64,000 nt of DNA from Schmidtea nova (lineage: Eukaryota), in NCBI GenBank assembly GCA_044892505.1, contig CM097883.1:392212001-392276000 (forward strand), in the 5' to 3' direction. This document shows, piece by piece, positions 11,641 to 23,028 of the stretch. Made by a program: the position numbers and the translations under genes. Within the stretch, counting starts at the first letter, position 1. Each line of letters begins with the position of its first letter. The notes beneath the pieces were generated by a model. The model was not told the DNA's origin. It saw only the letters and a program-made list of their open reading frames with translations, and searched no databases.

Positions 11641-12424
11641 TGTGTGTTCGCAAAAAAAGGGGGTACCTCCCGGGTCTGCAGCGGTTTTGATTGACTGCAC
11701 ACACGATATAGCGTCATTTTATTTGTTGTGTAATCTACACTTCCTCCTATTCTCAACAATTTAAAATTTTTATTAATTTAAACAATGAACTTTTGTAAAA
11801 AAATGGAAGCCCTAGCATGTACGATAACACAATTCTCTGAAATACTAGTTTTCAAATATTTGAAAATTTAAACAAAATTTTTATTTATAAACACTCCCTT
11901 ACTCTCCCTCTGCATGATAAGACATAAATCTACTTTAAGAACACATCTACTAATATTCTCGCCAAAATATTTGAAAATTAAAACAAAAAATGTTTTGAGA
12001 CTCCCTCCTCCCCCCTATCAATGACATTTTCAAATTTTGTCTAAGTCCGTTGAAAAAATAACTTTTTCAAAATTTTTCGAAGTCAGAACAAAGACTCCCC
12101 GGCCTAAGGTTTCAAATGAAGGTTTTATGAAAAAAATTCTAATGAAAAGATTCTGCTGCTTTTCAAACTTATCTTTATATGTAGTAGGTATGTATATTTT
12201 TTCTATATAATTTAATTTGTTATTATAAGAATCCTTAATTGTTGCCTGTCTGGCCCTTAATTTATGACCTTCGATGTAATTTAATAGTGTTAATTTTATA
12301 TTAAATATGTAATATTAATTTTGATTAAAGTTTGCTTATTTGATAATTATTCTTTAATATTTTTTCAGAACTAAATTATAAGTAATAAAAGGTAAAACTT
12401 TGTGATACCCAGTGCAAAACCCCA

Positions 12425-12466
12425 ATAGCAGACTAGTTTCGAGCTTTTGGCTCTCATCAGTGCTAT
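12425..12466 (-). ncRNA. Minimal type I hammerhead ribozyme (Penelope-like/retrozyme type)
   Basis: Minus strand: ATAGCA-CTGATGA-GAGC-caaaa-GCTC-GAA-ACTAGT-C-TGCTAT. Canonical core, 6-bp stem I, 4-bp stem II, palindromic stem III, GUC cleavage triplet. Confidence 0.85.
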
Positions 12467-14572
12467 GCAGGAGAAGCGAAAATTTTTCTTCGCGCCAGAA
12501 AAGTATAAAACAAAGTCAAAGCAACTTTTTTAAATTATAAGTAATTAAAATATAAAATTATCTTAATCAAATTAAAATAAAACACTACTCAATTCGAAAT
12601 TAACATTTCAAGGTCAAGCTGATTGATGAAAAACGGCTCAGTTATTTAAACAATCCATTCAAGGTAAAAATGCGTTTTATCTGGCAAGCATAAATTTAGA
12701 TAAATTTTCATAGAAATCGATAATTTACGATTATAATTTCCTTGTTTTTAATATATAAAAATAAAATTATGAATAATATTAAATCAGTCGGACCTCTTTT
12801 TACTTAAAATTTTACTTAAAATGACATTTGAGAAACCTATTTAAAAATATATTTAACAGTCCTTATTTTGGGTTATTAGCGTATTTATCCATGAATTTAG
12901 TTCCCGTCGGCATAAATGAAATTCTCCTAAGTATAAACAAATAAAAATCTTACTGAAATCATAATTAATTGAGCAAGCAGAATTGGCATTTTGAATCTGA
13001 TAAAAAATTCCAATAAAAACTAAATTAATAAACATTTTTCTATAAAAGATTTGGTCAATAATTCTATAAAAGTAATCAATTTACTTTATTTATATTCTGA
13101 AAGAATAGTTATTTATTTCAATGCAGAGGTGGCCAGTGGTTTGGTATGATCCTTTGGTGGCTTACAGTTACCTAACTATATGTATAATAATGATTCCCCA
13201 CTCCCTACTGTAAACCATGTCCATAAATATAATTTCGTTTATTCTGAATAATTTTGATTATTTTTTATTGGGATTATGGAATAGGCAGTCTAAGACAATT
13301 TATTTAATTTTTGAAAAAATAATAAAAGAATTAATAATTATGAAAAGGATTTCTGGCAAAAAAATTAAGTATATATGTGTGTGTGTGTAACTTTAAAACC
13401 AGAAAAAAATGTTTTTCCAAAATTAAGGCCCTAGACGAATTTTCCAAAAGTCGTGACATATCTAGATCGTTTTTTCAAACTGGAAAATGTTAGTATGCCA
13501 ATTTTCAGGAAAAATTATAGTGCCGTTTTTGAGAAAAAATTTACAGATACATAAATAAATATACATATGTACAATTATTGTTCGTTTAGACTTTAAACTT
13601 TTATGTTTTTATTGATTTTCACAAAGTTTTGTGCTTTTTATTTTATTTCGTGCTTGTTTAAACACAACCGCAACAATAGTGACGGGTTATGACAGAATAT
13701 GCAATACTTAGTAGACCCATAAAACAAATGAAATTCAAGAAATCTACTGTAATTGTATTAATTTTAAATAAATTCTTTTTTTCTACTGTATAGCGTTCCT
13801 CAGTTTAAATTCTTGAGGTTTAGTAAAATTTTTAAAGGTATTAAATTTAATTAATTAAAAAATACGAAATTGCTTTTTAAAACAATCCAGTTGCCGACAT
13901 AATTGCTCGGATTAGAGAGGAAATTACTGTTGGAAATTATGGATATTACACTGCAATATAAGCTGTAACTAATAAAAGTTAGAAAAGTAACTATATACAA
14001 AAATTTAAAGGAATCCAAGAAGTGAAAGGTTATTCAACAGACAAGACTTGTCTCACTATTGGATGCCTTACCATGCCCACATTTTTGTCCAGCCCTGATC
14101 CCTTGCATTTATATTTTCATAAATAAACAAATGGCTATCAGATGTAAATTAAAAATTCATTCTTCTCTTTTCAAAACTTTAAATGAGCAGTTTTTTTAAC
14201 ATTCGACTAATCGTATCATATTGAGGTCGAAATAATTGTCTTTAGACAAATACCAAGTTATTCCCAGGTGACATTGGGACAAGACGGCGAACTGAATACA
14301 AAAAGACCTATGGGATATAAAAAATCTACATGAAACAAAAAAAGTCTCAGTGTTTCGTAATTGAAAAATTAGGTTTTGTAAAATGATTTTACACTTCAAC
14401 GCCATCACAAGTTTTGAAGTCTTTAAATAAGAATTTAAGTTTCCCATAAGACTTTGTGATTTAAATTAAAATTTTTGTTTCATTGTCATGTTAAGCTAAA
14501 GAACTTAAATCACACTTCCTCTTCTTAGTTACGAAACTTTATTGATATTTAAGCCATTAAACGTAAGTCAGA

Positions 14573-15222
14573 CATAGGCGTAGCTAGGTAGGTAGAGAAA
14601 CATACTGGCACGGCGCAGTTGTAGGGGGTCAGAATATGATTCTATATATTCATGTTTGACTTAAATTTTTATAAAGTTCGCCTTAGATGTCAGAAAGAAA
14701 CAACTATAATTTTCCTTTCTTGTTGATAGCAACAGCCTTGTTCATGGAGTGACAACAGAAAATGCTCTTATGCTCACTCAGATCCGATGATATGTGGCCT
14801 AGCTGCATGCGGGGACCTCCCTAGTTATGCTATTAATATAAGTCAATCTAATCTGTCCCTGGCTTAAGCATGATCAAGTTCATCTCTGTGATCTTACACT
14901 TCTCAGTATAGAGAATGAAACAGTTGAAAAAATATACTTTGATGATATTATTGACAAATTTGCGGGCATGAAAGCGAGAAAAATCAATTTAGTATAATGA
15001 ATTTTTGGAATGGGCGCATGAGGCGGCGGTTGATAACGCCTAACCGTTGATAACATTTTGTTGTGGTTGTACTAGTTAAAATTTATTTTTCTTCAAATTA
15101 TCTTTCTATGGTGATAGTTCTATTATGTCATATTGAGTATTGACTACTGTTCCCCGATATTTCAGTGACACGGGGCGCTAAAATATTATATCAGGGCGCT
15201 AAATACTGTGACTACACCTCTG
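14573..15222 (+). mobile_element. Internally deleted hAT element
   Basis: TIRs CATAGGCGTAG / CTACACCTCTG; possible decayed 8-bp TSD AAGTCAGA/AAACCAGT. Carries DLTLLSIENE...FDDIIDKFAGMKARK (hAT C-terminus). Confidence 0.8.
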
Positions 15223-15535
15223 AAACCAGTGACTCAGTATCTAAAATTAAAAAATAGTTTTATAAAAAAAATATTAAATAAATTTTAAATGTTTATTTGT
15301 ATTTATATGTGTATGCATCAGCAATTACCCGCTTGTAATTATTGGGAAATTAATTACTCAATCAAATTTTGGGTTTAAATTAAAACTAACCGAAATTAAT
15401 TTTGATTAAAAATTACTTGCATATTTTAAAATAAATTTCACATAATTAAAACAAAACACAATTTTTATAAATATATTTTTTTATAAATGGAAGCAATCAA
15501 AATGACTAGAATAAGGATGCAATAATAAAAACAAA

Positions 15536-16420
15536 TTATTCCCTATGAACCGTAATTGGTGTTTTTGTGGTTGACGTTAACTTGTAAGGGGCTTCAATTA
15601 GGATTATTCCATTGTCAATTAAAGTTGCTTTGAGATTATCAGGATCAACATTTGAAGGCAAGTCATGCTCGTCATTGAATTCTTTCATGTTACTGTAACC
15701 ATTTGGTCCGGATTCTTCATGCTTTGCTGAAATGATTACTCGATATCCCTTGGTTTTGACATTCAAATCTTCCGCTCTAAAAATTGGATCTATGGCGATT
15801 TCTTCAACGTAGTTCTTTGATTTGTCAGTAATTAGAATTGGGGATCTCATTGAACTGCGTAGACTGCTTGAAGAACAATCAAAAGGACTTAAAGATCCGT
15901 TTAGTGTCCGGTGTCCCATTCCACTAGTGCTAAATGATGACGAATAAACCGGGGATGAGATTTGTGGGGATATAATATTGAAATTGGTTTGTTGAGGAGA
16001 TTGTCTTTGAATGGTAATCGGTCGACGAATTGGCGGATAAAGATTTGAATAGGTCTGTGGGAGAATTGGTATTCTTATTTCCAACAAACCGTTGTCAGTA
16101 TAAACGGATCGCATTTCTTTCTTCAAGTCAATGTTACTTGGCAAACTTACTTCCTTTTTGAATTCTTTATATTCCGATTCTTCGGTGTTTCCATGAACGC
16201 CTTTTTTCGAACCAGATTTCGATTGTTTTGCTTCGATAATCAGCATATTTCCTTGCTGTTCGATCCGGATATCCGAGGAAGAGAATCCATCAACATCCAC
16301 AGTGAAAATATAATCGACATCTCCATTGGTCGACTTTTCATATCTCGGTTGAATAGATCTTTCAAAACTGTAGCTTGGGGTCAATGAAGAGAACTTCTCA
16401 AATTCCATACTTCGATTCAT
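15536..16420 (-). CDS. Small heat-shock protein with two tandem alpha-crystallin domains (flatworm p40/major-egg-antigen-like), 294 aa, intronless
   Basis: Domain 1: DVDGFSSSDIRIEQQGNMLIIEAK...EFKKEVSLPSNID...GLLEIRIP. Domain 2: FRAEDLNVK...IISAKHEE...EFNDEHDLPSNVD...GIILIEAP. Confidence 0.92.
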   Translation of the reverse strand: MNRSMEFEKFSSLTPSYSFERSIQPRYEKSTNGDVDYIFTVDVDGFSSSDIRIEQQGNMLIIEAKQSKSGSKKGVHGNTEESEYKEFKKEVSLPSNIDLKKEMRSVYTDNGLLEIRIPILPQTYSNLYPPIRRPITIQRQSPQQTNFNIISPQISSPVYSSSFSTSGMGHRTLNGSLSPFDCSSSSLRSSMRSPILITDKSKNYVEEIAIDPIFRAEDLNVKTKGYRVIISAKHEESGPNGYSNMKEFNDEHDLPSNVDPDNLKATLIDNGIILIEAPYKLTSTTKTPITVHRE

Positions 16421-17985
16421 TTTAGTTCTTTAGTCGGTTTAATGAATTTCTTAATCACGGTCCCAAAATATATAGTAAATCGGTTTCACATTTACAATTT
16501 CAACTATTCAAAGCGTGCTGAAGATTTGTGATGTAAAACTTTGGCACACTTCATTCCAAATTTACTAAAATAAATATCATTTTCAGTTTTGTAAAAATGA
16601 AATAACGATAATTTATAAATTATGCGCATTCAAAGTTGACATTCATTACGTAACCGGCCTGATTCATTAGCACTTTGAAGAATGAATAAAATGTGCACAT
16701 AACCTGGTCTTTCACTTTGCACGCACATTTATCAGCATCGACATTTTTGGGAGAATTCTGATTTTTCATTTGTTAGATAATCGTTAGAAAAAGAGATTTG
16801 TAAACAATTTTTTAGAAGTTACTTTTTTAAAATCAAACAAGTCGAAACAACAATAAAAATATATAATAATAGAAATAGATGNNNNNNNNNNNNNNNNNNN
16901 NNNNNNNNNNNNNNNNNNNNNNNNNNNNNNNNNNNNNNNNNNNNNNNNNNNNNNNNNNNNNNNNNNNNNNNNNNNNNNNNNNNNNNNNNNNNNNNNNNNN
17001 NNNNNNNNNNNNNNNNNNNNNNNNNNNNNNNNNNNNNNNNNNNATTACAACATTACCAAGCAATAATTCAAAAATTAACGAAATTAAAAAATAGACAATG
17101 CATTTTTGAATTTTTTACCAGTGATTTATTTAACTTTATTTCAACCAATTTTGTGTTATTTTGTGCTCAATAAATATGTTTATTGTTAATATTGTTCTTG
17201 TTTTCATATTTATACATAATACATATGAATTATAATTTTACCTTCCCTAATTATATGCGAGCCGATTGTTACCGATTTACTAGCACAGGACATGGGAGAG
17301 AACATTTTATTAAAACTACATAACATACTGTTAAAATTATTATTTTTTGCAGTTCATAAAAGTATATTTTCAATGTTATTAAATTCCATATGAAGATCAA
17401 ACAGAGAAAGACAATTTTATTTATTTTATTTTATATTTTTATATTTTATTTATTATTTTATTTAATATTTGACGACTGGTATGAAAACTAATATTATTTA
17501 TACTAAGCTTTACTAAACAGATTTAGATATTACATTAATACGAAAACATTGCAGTCAATACCAAAAGAGTTATTAAAGGTACCTCTCTTGTCTTGCTTTA
17601 CAATCTGAAAATCTTTTATTATATCATTTTCATTCAACTTATCAATGAGTTTTATGGATATCGTTGCAAATGTTGTTGATGTTTCTTGAGACATAGCTGA
17701 CCTTAAATAGCTTTCAATTTTGAAAAAAATTCTTTCCCCGAAGCTACAGATGCGTGTAATGTTAGATAAATGCATATACCGATGATAACATTTGGAAACG
17801 AAGAAATTTAATTATTTTGGAGGATATAGTTCAATACCGTGAATTTATCCATTTCACCTTTTATGAAAGGCTTCAGGATTTTAAATTTGATTAATTGAAG
17901 TTAAAGTAATAATATGTTTAAATTTAATAAATTAAATACCTGACGAATGAGCGATAACAAAATATAACTAAAATTATAAAAAATT

Positions 17986-18046
<61 letters not shown>

Positions 18047-18114
18047 GTATTTCATTGAAATGTCTCACCTAAAATAATTAGCAAGCTTATACTATAGAAA
18101 AATACAAACCTACC

Positions 18115-18263
18115 TGGTCGCGCCGCTTATTAAAATATTTTTAAAATTAATTAAATAATAATTAAAATAATTAATTGGGTGCCTGATCGCTGTGAGAGAT
18201 TGTGGAGCGAGCCTGGAAGCCGTAAAAACGGACTTATCGAAATCTATATATAAATCTTATATG
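18115..18263 (+). ncRNA. Spliced-leader cassette copy 2 (SL-like exon 18219-18263), no SL intron
   Basis: GCCGTAAAAACGGACTTATCGAAATCTATATATAAATCTTATATG preceded by the same upstream block as copy 1; followed by ATGAAATG..., not GT. Confidence 0.75.
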
Positions 18264-18477
18264 ATGAAATGTCATCTTTGCTTAATAATTTACCAAACAA
18301 TAATCATCATTGCACTGGACTGCCTTCAAAAACTCATTGCCTATGATCACATTCACCATCCAGTAATTCCTGCAATATCGACATCAATCACACTAACAAT
18401 TTCAATGATGCTCTCCAGGTGAAAAAAGAAGAGTACCTCAGCAAGTCAGAAATCTCAATGAGAAATATGATTGCATC

Positions 18478-19060
18478 ACGTCTGTGTGCGCGACAGTGAT
18501 GTTTTAGTGTTGATGGTGATTTATTTCTTGGCGTGCGCACACAGACGCGTGGTGGAATTTCTCGTCGAATTGAAATGGGTCTGTTTTGGAATTGTGAATC
18601 GATTGGAAAATATCATTTTGTTCGGCTGAACTTTTTAATTGGAATTTATTTGGGGTTTTTGAATTAAAAACTAGAGTCTTCAGATTGTTTATCTGATTTG
18701 AATTGATTATTTTTTGGCGGGACTTTGGAATTTAAGAATTAACTTAGGAATTTTGTTTATTCAGATTAATTTGCATTTATTTGGCAGAATTTAACTTTGA
18801 ATTGAATTGCTGATTGTGATTTTGAATTGGGAAAACTTTTAATTAAATTAGGTTGTTTAACTGCGGAATTTATTGTGAATTTTTCTAGAATTGGGTTTTG
18901 TTTAGCTGGTATTGGATTTAATTTCAGGAATGGGTTGTTTCGGTTTCAATGATGTTTTGAAGTGATGAAATATATTTCGAATTGAATTTATTAGAATCTG
19001 ATTGCATTTGTGGATAACTAGGTTTTAAATGAATTAATTGGATTTTGTTTCGTTTTCATT
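18478..19060 (+). repeat. GCGTCTGTGTGCGC-motif repeat family with G/T-rich, C-poor tract, copy A
   Basis: Motif at 18479 and inverted at about 18535, followed by a TTTTGGAATTG-rich tract like those at 36680-37290 (-) and 62836-63220 (+). Confidence 0.6.
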
Positions 19061-19105
19061 TGGGAATTAATAAATGTCTTCGAATTCAATTGCTTTTGAT
19101 CGTAG

Positions 19106-19305
19106 TATGACAATTTTTCACCCGAAGGCAGATTATTTCTTGCCGAATATGCGTCTAAAGTGATTGCGTTAGATGGATTACTTTCTGTGGATGTTCGAGA
19201 TAATGATTGTGGCGTAGTTGCTTCACAAAGATAAGTTCCAGGTAAAATGAACAAACAGAGTTCAGCTACAAGATTATTTAACATTAATGAAAGTACCGGT
19301 TGCGT
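19106..19305 (+). pseudogene. Cadherin-repeat gene fragment
   Basis: YDNFSP...LSVDVRDNDCG...R*...LFNINESTGCV shows the cadherin DNxP, VxxxDxDxG and FxIxxxTG motifs, with one stop. Preceded by AG. Confidence 0.55.
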
Positions 19306-19902
19306 TAGGACCGGAATGATTCCTGATTGCGGATCGCAAGTATGCCGTGCACAAATGGAAGCTGCACGATTTAAATTCGAAATGTCCGGTGACATGACTT
19401 GTCGATGTATTGCCGAAATTAATCAATCTTACACTCAATCAGCTTCAATGATCGCATTGTTATATGATGAGGAGAGCAATCGGAGCTGGACGCGGCGAAC
19501 CATGAGGAAAAGCTATGAGGAAAAGAAGCTTCGTAAAAATAAAGAATGGTCGGAAAGCAATCGGAGCTGGACGCGCCGAACCACTACCTGTACCTTATTC
19601 ATTGATGTTTTACTCAATCGTATCATTTATTATGTCGATGAAAAAGAGATAGAAAAAAATAATCACACAAACACAAAACATAGAAAAAACAGATGTAAAC
19701 TTTCAAATGCGTTAATTGTTTCATTCTATAGTCTCACACAAAATTTTAATCATCAGAAAAATTGAAAATTAAAAATGGCCGATAATTTTTTTTAATAAAT
19801 TTGAGGAATCTACCTTGAGTGTTCGTGAAAATGATGAAATATCATTGTAAGAAATATAATTTAAGTTATAATAAATTTTTATTTTCACAGAATTTAAGAA
19901 AA

Positions 19903-19950
19903 TATAGCCGTTTTCTTAACCCAATTGAAAATGTATTTAGCAAAATCAAA
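19903..19950 (+). mobile_element. IS630/Tc1-family transposase motif remnant
   Basis: YSRFLNPIENVFSKIK resembles the YSP(D/F)LNPIE motif. Confidence 0.7.
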
Positions 19951-21359
19951 TTCAGTTTACGGAAGACTATCTCACGATCAAATGGCTTCTCCGCCATTTC
20001 TTTCCGAGACAAATTTTGTTTGGTGAAAAATGTTCTTTGACTATAAAGATTTAAAATTTTTTTTCATACATGTTAGCCGATTTTTTTCCAAATGATTTCA
20101 AAAAATTGAAATCTTTCGAGATTAATGTATTTAATGAATAAATTTTAGTTTAAAATGAATTTTTACTCACCTTTGGTGTAAATAATTCCAAAAAATCATA
20201 AATATTTCAGACGAGTACTTAGAAATTAAAGAAATCAAATACATTCTGCAGTATAAATANNNNNNNNNNNNNNNNNNNNNNNNNNNNNNNNNNNNNNNNN
20301 NNNNNNNNNNNNNNNNNNNNNNNNNNNNNNNNNNNNNNNNNNNNNNNNNNNNNNNNNNNNNNNNNNNNNNNNNNNNNNNNNNNNNNNNNNNNNNNNNNNN
20401 NNNNNNNNNNNNNNNNNNNNNNNNNNNNNNNNNNNNNNNNNNNNNNNNNNNNNNNNNNNNNNNNNNNNNNNNNNNNNNNNNNNNNNNNNNNNNNNNNNNN
20501 NNNNNNNNNNNNNNNNNNNNNNNNNNNNNNNNNNNNNNNNNATATAATAGTGCATTTTGGTATTAAAAATAGTACAACTTGTGATGAATTTGTAGTGCAA
20601 CATTAAATACATCCCGAAATTAAATAAAATTAAAATTATTGAAAATAGACAACCTTTTAAAGCTTTTATTGTGATCTCATATCATTATGTGATAAAAATA
20701 AAAACCTTAAAAGTTATCCTGATAAATAAAATTACCTCAAAGTCATTTTTAAAATAGCCAATGCCAAAAGTTGGATGAATAATAATGAATAATTATAACC
20801 CTGGACATGTCACACTCATGAGCATTTTAGGTGAGAAACGTCAATGAAAACCGCTGTATATAAAAAATGGTATACAAAATTAAATAACCTGAAGATAAAT
20901 GCAGAAGGATAGTCTACAGAAACAATCCAGTAACAAGAAAATAAACTATAGGCGGATCCAATCAATAACTTGATTTTTTTTCTTTACGAGAAATTTATAG
21001 AGGACTAAAAAAGGCGACAACCAAGCAATAGTTGTAAATAATTAGAAATTTTCTAGTGACTTAGACTGAAATTACAATTAGCTAACTTGAAATCGTTTAT
21101 AAAACAACCAAAAACCCGCATATTGTTGGGTGTTTGTTATTGCAAATAAATGAAAGTAGTCAGATCAACAATTTATAAATTTAGTACAACCCACCAATTG
21201 GAAATCGGACATTATTGTCTCCGGTACAGACACGAAAGAAGTCAAAGTTAGAATCAAAGGCAATTGTAAAAATAAATAAAAAGAATATTTTGGGAGAAAA
21301 CCAAAATAAATGTATTATTGTAATTGAATCAGGTTAATTATTATTTTATTGCGCGATAC

Positions 21360-21392
21360 ACACTTGATAAAGGCTGTGTCGAAATATTGTGT
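21360..21392 (+). ncRNA. U3-A8 variant minimal hammerhead-like motif
   Basis: ACAC-TTGATAA-A-GGC-tgt-GTC-GAA-ATAT-T-GTGT. Stem I ACAC/GTGT is intact; downstream flank is homologous to the reverse complement of about 7190-7220. Confidence 0.6.
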
Positions 21393-21566
21393 ACTTATTT
21401 AAACAAATTTTGATCTATAGTCTTACCACTATGGGAATTATTGATATTAATATTAAAAAAAGATCAAAGGTGAAACAAAAAGATACTTATGATAATAAAT
21501 AAATAAATAATAATAAATCCAAAAAGTAAAACAAAACACAATTTAAAAGTTACGCCAAAAAAATCT

Positions 21567-22248
21567 AAAAATTTCCAAACATCTAAACAAAACACACTTC
21601 AAAAATGCCGCTAAAAAGATGCGTGATATTTCATACAGATCCAGACAGAACATAGCTACTTACTGTGATTGTTAGGGATTCTTATTTTTTTCTTTTGATC
21701 TTTATTCTATACTCGTGTAATTTTTCAAAAGTCATGGGTGAAACGCCACATACCTTGGAAAAGGCTGACCGTATTTTCTGTACTCGAGTCTTAGAACATT
21801 TTCAATTGATGATTATGGACTTCATCTACAATTATACTGTTGTTTATAAATATTTTTATAAAACATTAGTAAAATATTTGTAAAATATTCTCTAAAATAT
21901 TCTTTAAAATATTCTTTAAAAAAAATTTTAAAAAAGGAATATGATTTTTTAAGATTAATTTATTTAAATTAAAAAAATAATTTAATTCGTTTGAAAATCA
22001 ATTTATTTGATTTATATTGGAATGGCTGAATGAATAGCATCTGATGATGAGAATGAAGTTCTCGAAATATATTGTGTTTCAGAATATATATATTTCGATT
22101 GGCGTTTTTAATAAATAAAATATTTAGTTTATTTTTAATAAAAAATTTCCAAACATTTAAACAAAACACACTTCAAAAATCTGATCAAAAACATGTTAAC
22201 TCATACGGATCCAGACCGGATATAGCCTCCTACTTGGGGAATTAGGAT
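21567..22248 (+). mobile_element. Penelope-like remnant: ~110-bp direct repeats enclosing a GIY-YIG-like fragment and a hammerhead-like motif
   Basis: Repeats start at 21567 and 22141 (AAAAATTTCCAAACAT(C/T)TAAACAAAACACACTTCAAAAAT...). ORF ...YSCNFSKVMGETPHTL...RVLEH is a weak GIY-YIG match. HHR-like motif at 22032-22080. Confidence 0.45.
22032..22080 (+). ncRNA. Hammerhead-like motif with an extra U after A9
   Basis: GAATAGCAT-CTGATGA-T-GAGAA-tgaag-TTCTC-GAA-ATATAT-T-GTGTTTC. 5-bp stem II, palindromic stem III, weak bulged stem I. Confidence 0.5.
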
Positions 22249-23028
22249 AAATACCTAATATCGAGAGCAGGGAACTAGTTAGAGAAATATATGCGGAGTG
22301 CTGCCAAATTTGTTGGAAGATAGATGTAGACGAAAGGATAATGGGTGTTTGATGTAAAACAAGGGGTGTAAGTGTGAAGTAGTATTAGGAAACGTAATTG
22401 AAAAATAAGAATCAACCATGATCGAATGTACCTTAGAAAGAGAAAGTGATTATACGCGTAAGACCTTCTATTGGCAGCAGGAACCCGAAATAGAAAATGC
22501 AATGAGGAGTAGTTTTGGTAATAAATCTCACCTGATCATTGAATTCTCGCACTATAGTGTACATCACTAACATATTTACTAACGAGTAACTATGGGTTTA
22601 TAGGGGGTTGGGGGGGGGGGGGGGTAAAGTAGAACATTTATGAAGGAGTATGGGTTATGGTAACCCGAGTGACAATAAATTTTAACAACAAAAAAATATT
22701 CTAAACAGCTTGGTAAATGTAATTTCAGGGGTCTATAGAATGTGGGACATGAATAAACCTAATTATAATTTCCTGTGTATTTTTGTTAGAAATTACGGGT
22801 AGGTTCCGGCACAAATTTGCAAAAAACAACAAAAACATAAATTTTGCAAGTTTTACCTGAAAAAATGAACATATCCCTGTTCAAAATTATTGAATTCTTA
22901 ATTCATCAAAGGAAATTTCAATTCATAAATTGGAAATAAAAGTGAAATATTACTCAAAAGCTTTGAAAGATCCATTGGTGTTAATGCATAAACATCCGTT
23001 TATGCATTAACACCAATATATAATATTA

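Noticed and set aside
16421-16830. Heat-shock elements upstream of the sHSP gene
   Set aside because: No convincing nGAAnnTTCn array was found; an N-gap begins at 16882.
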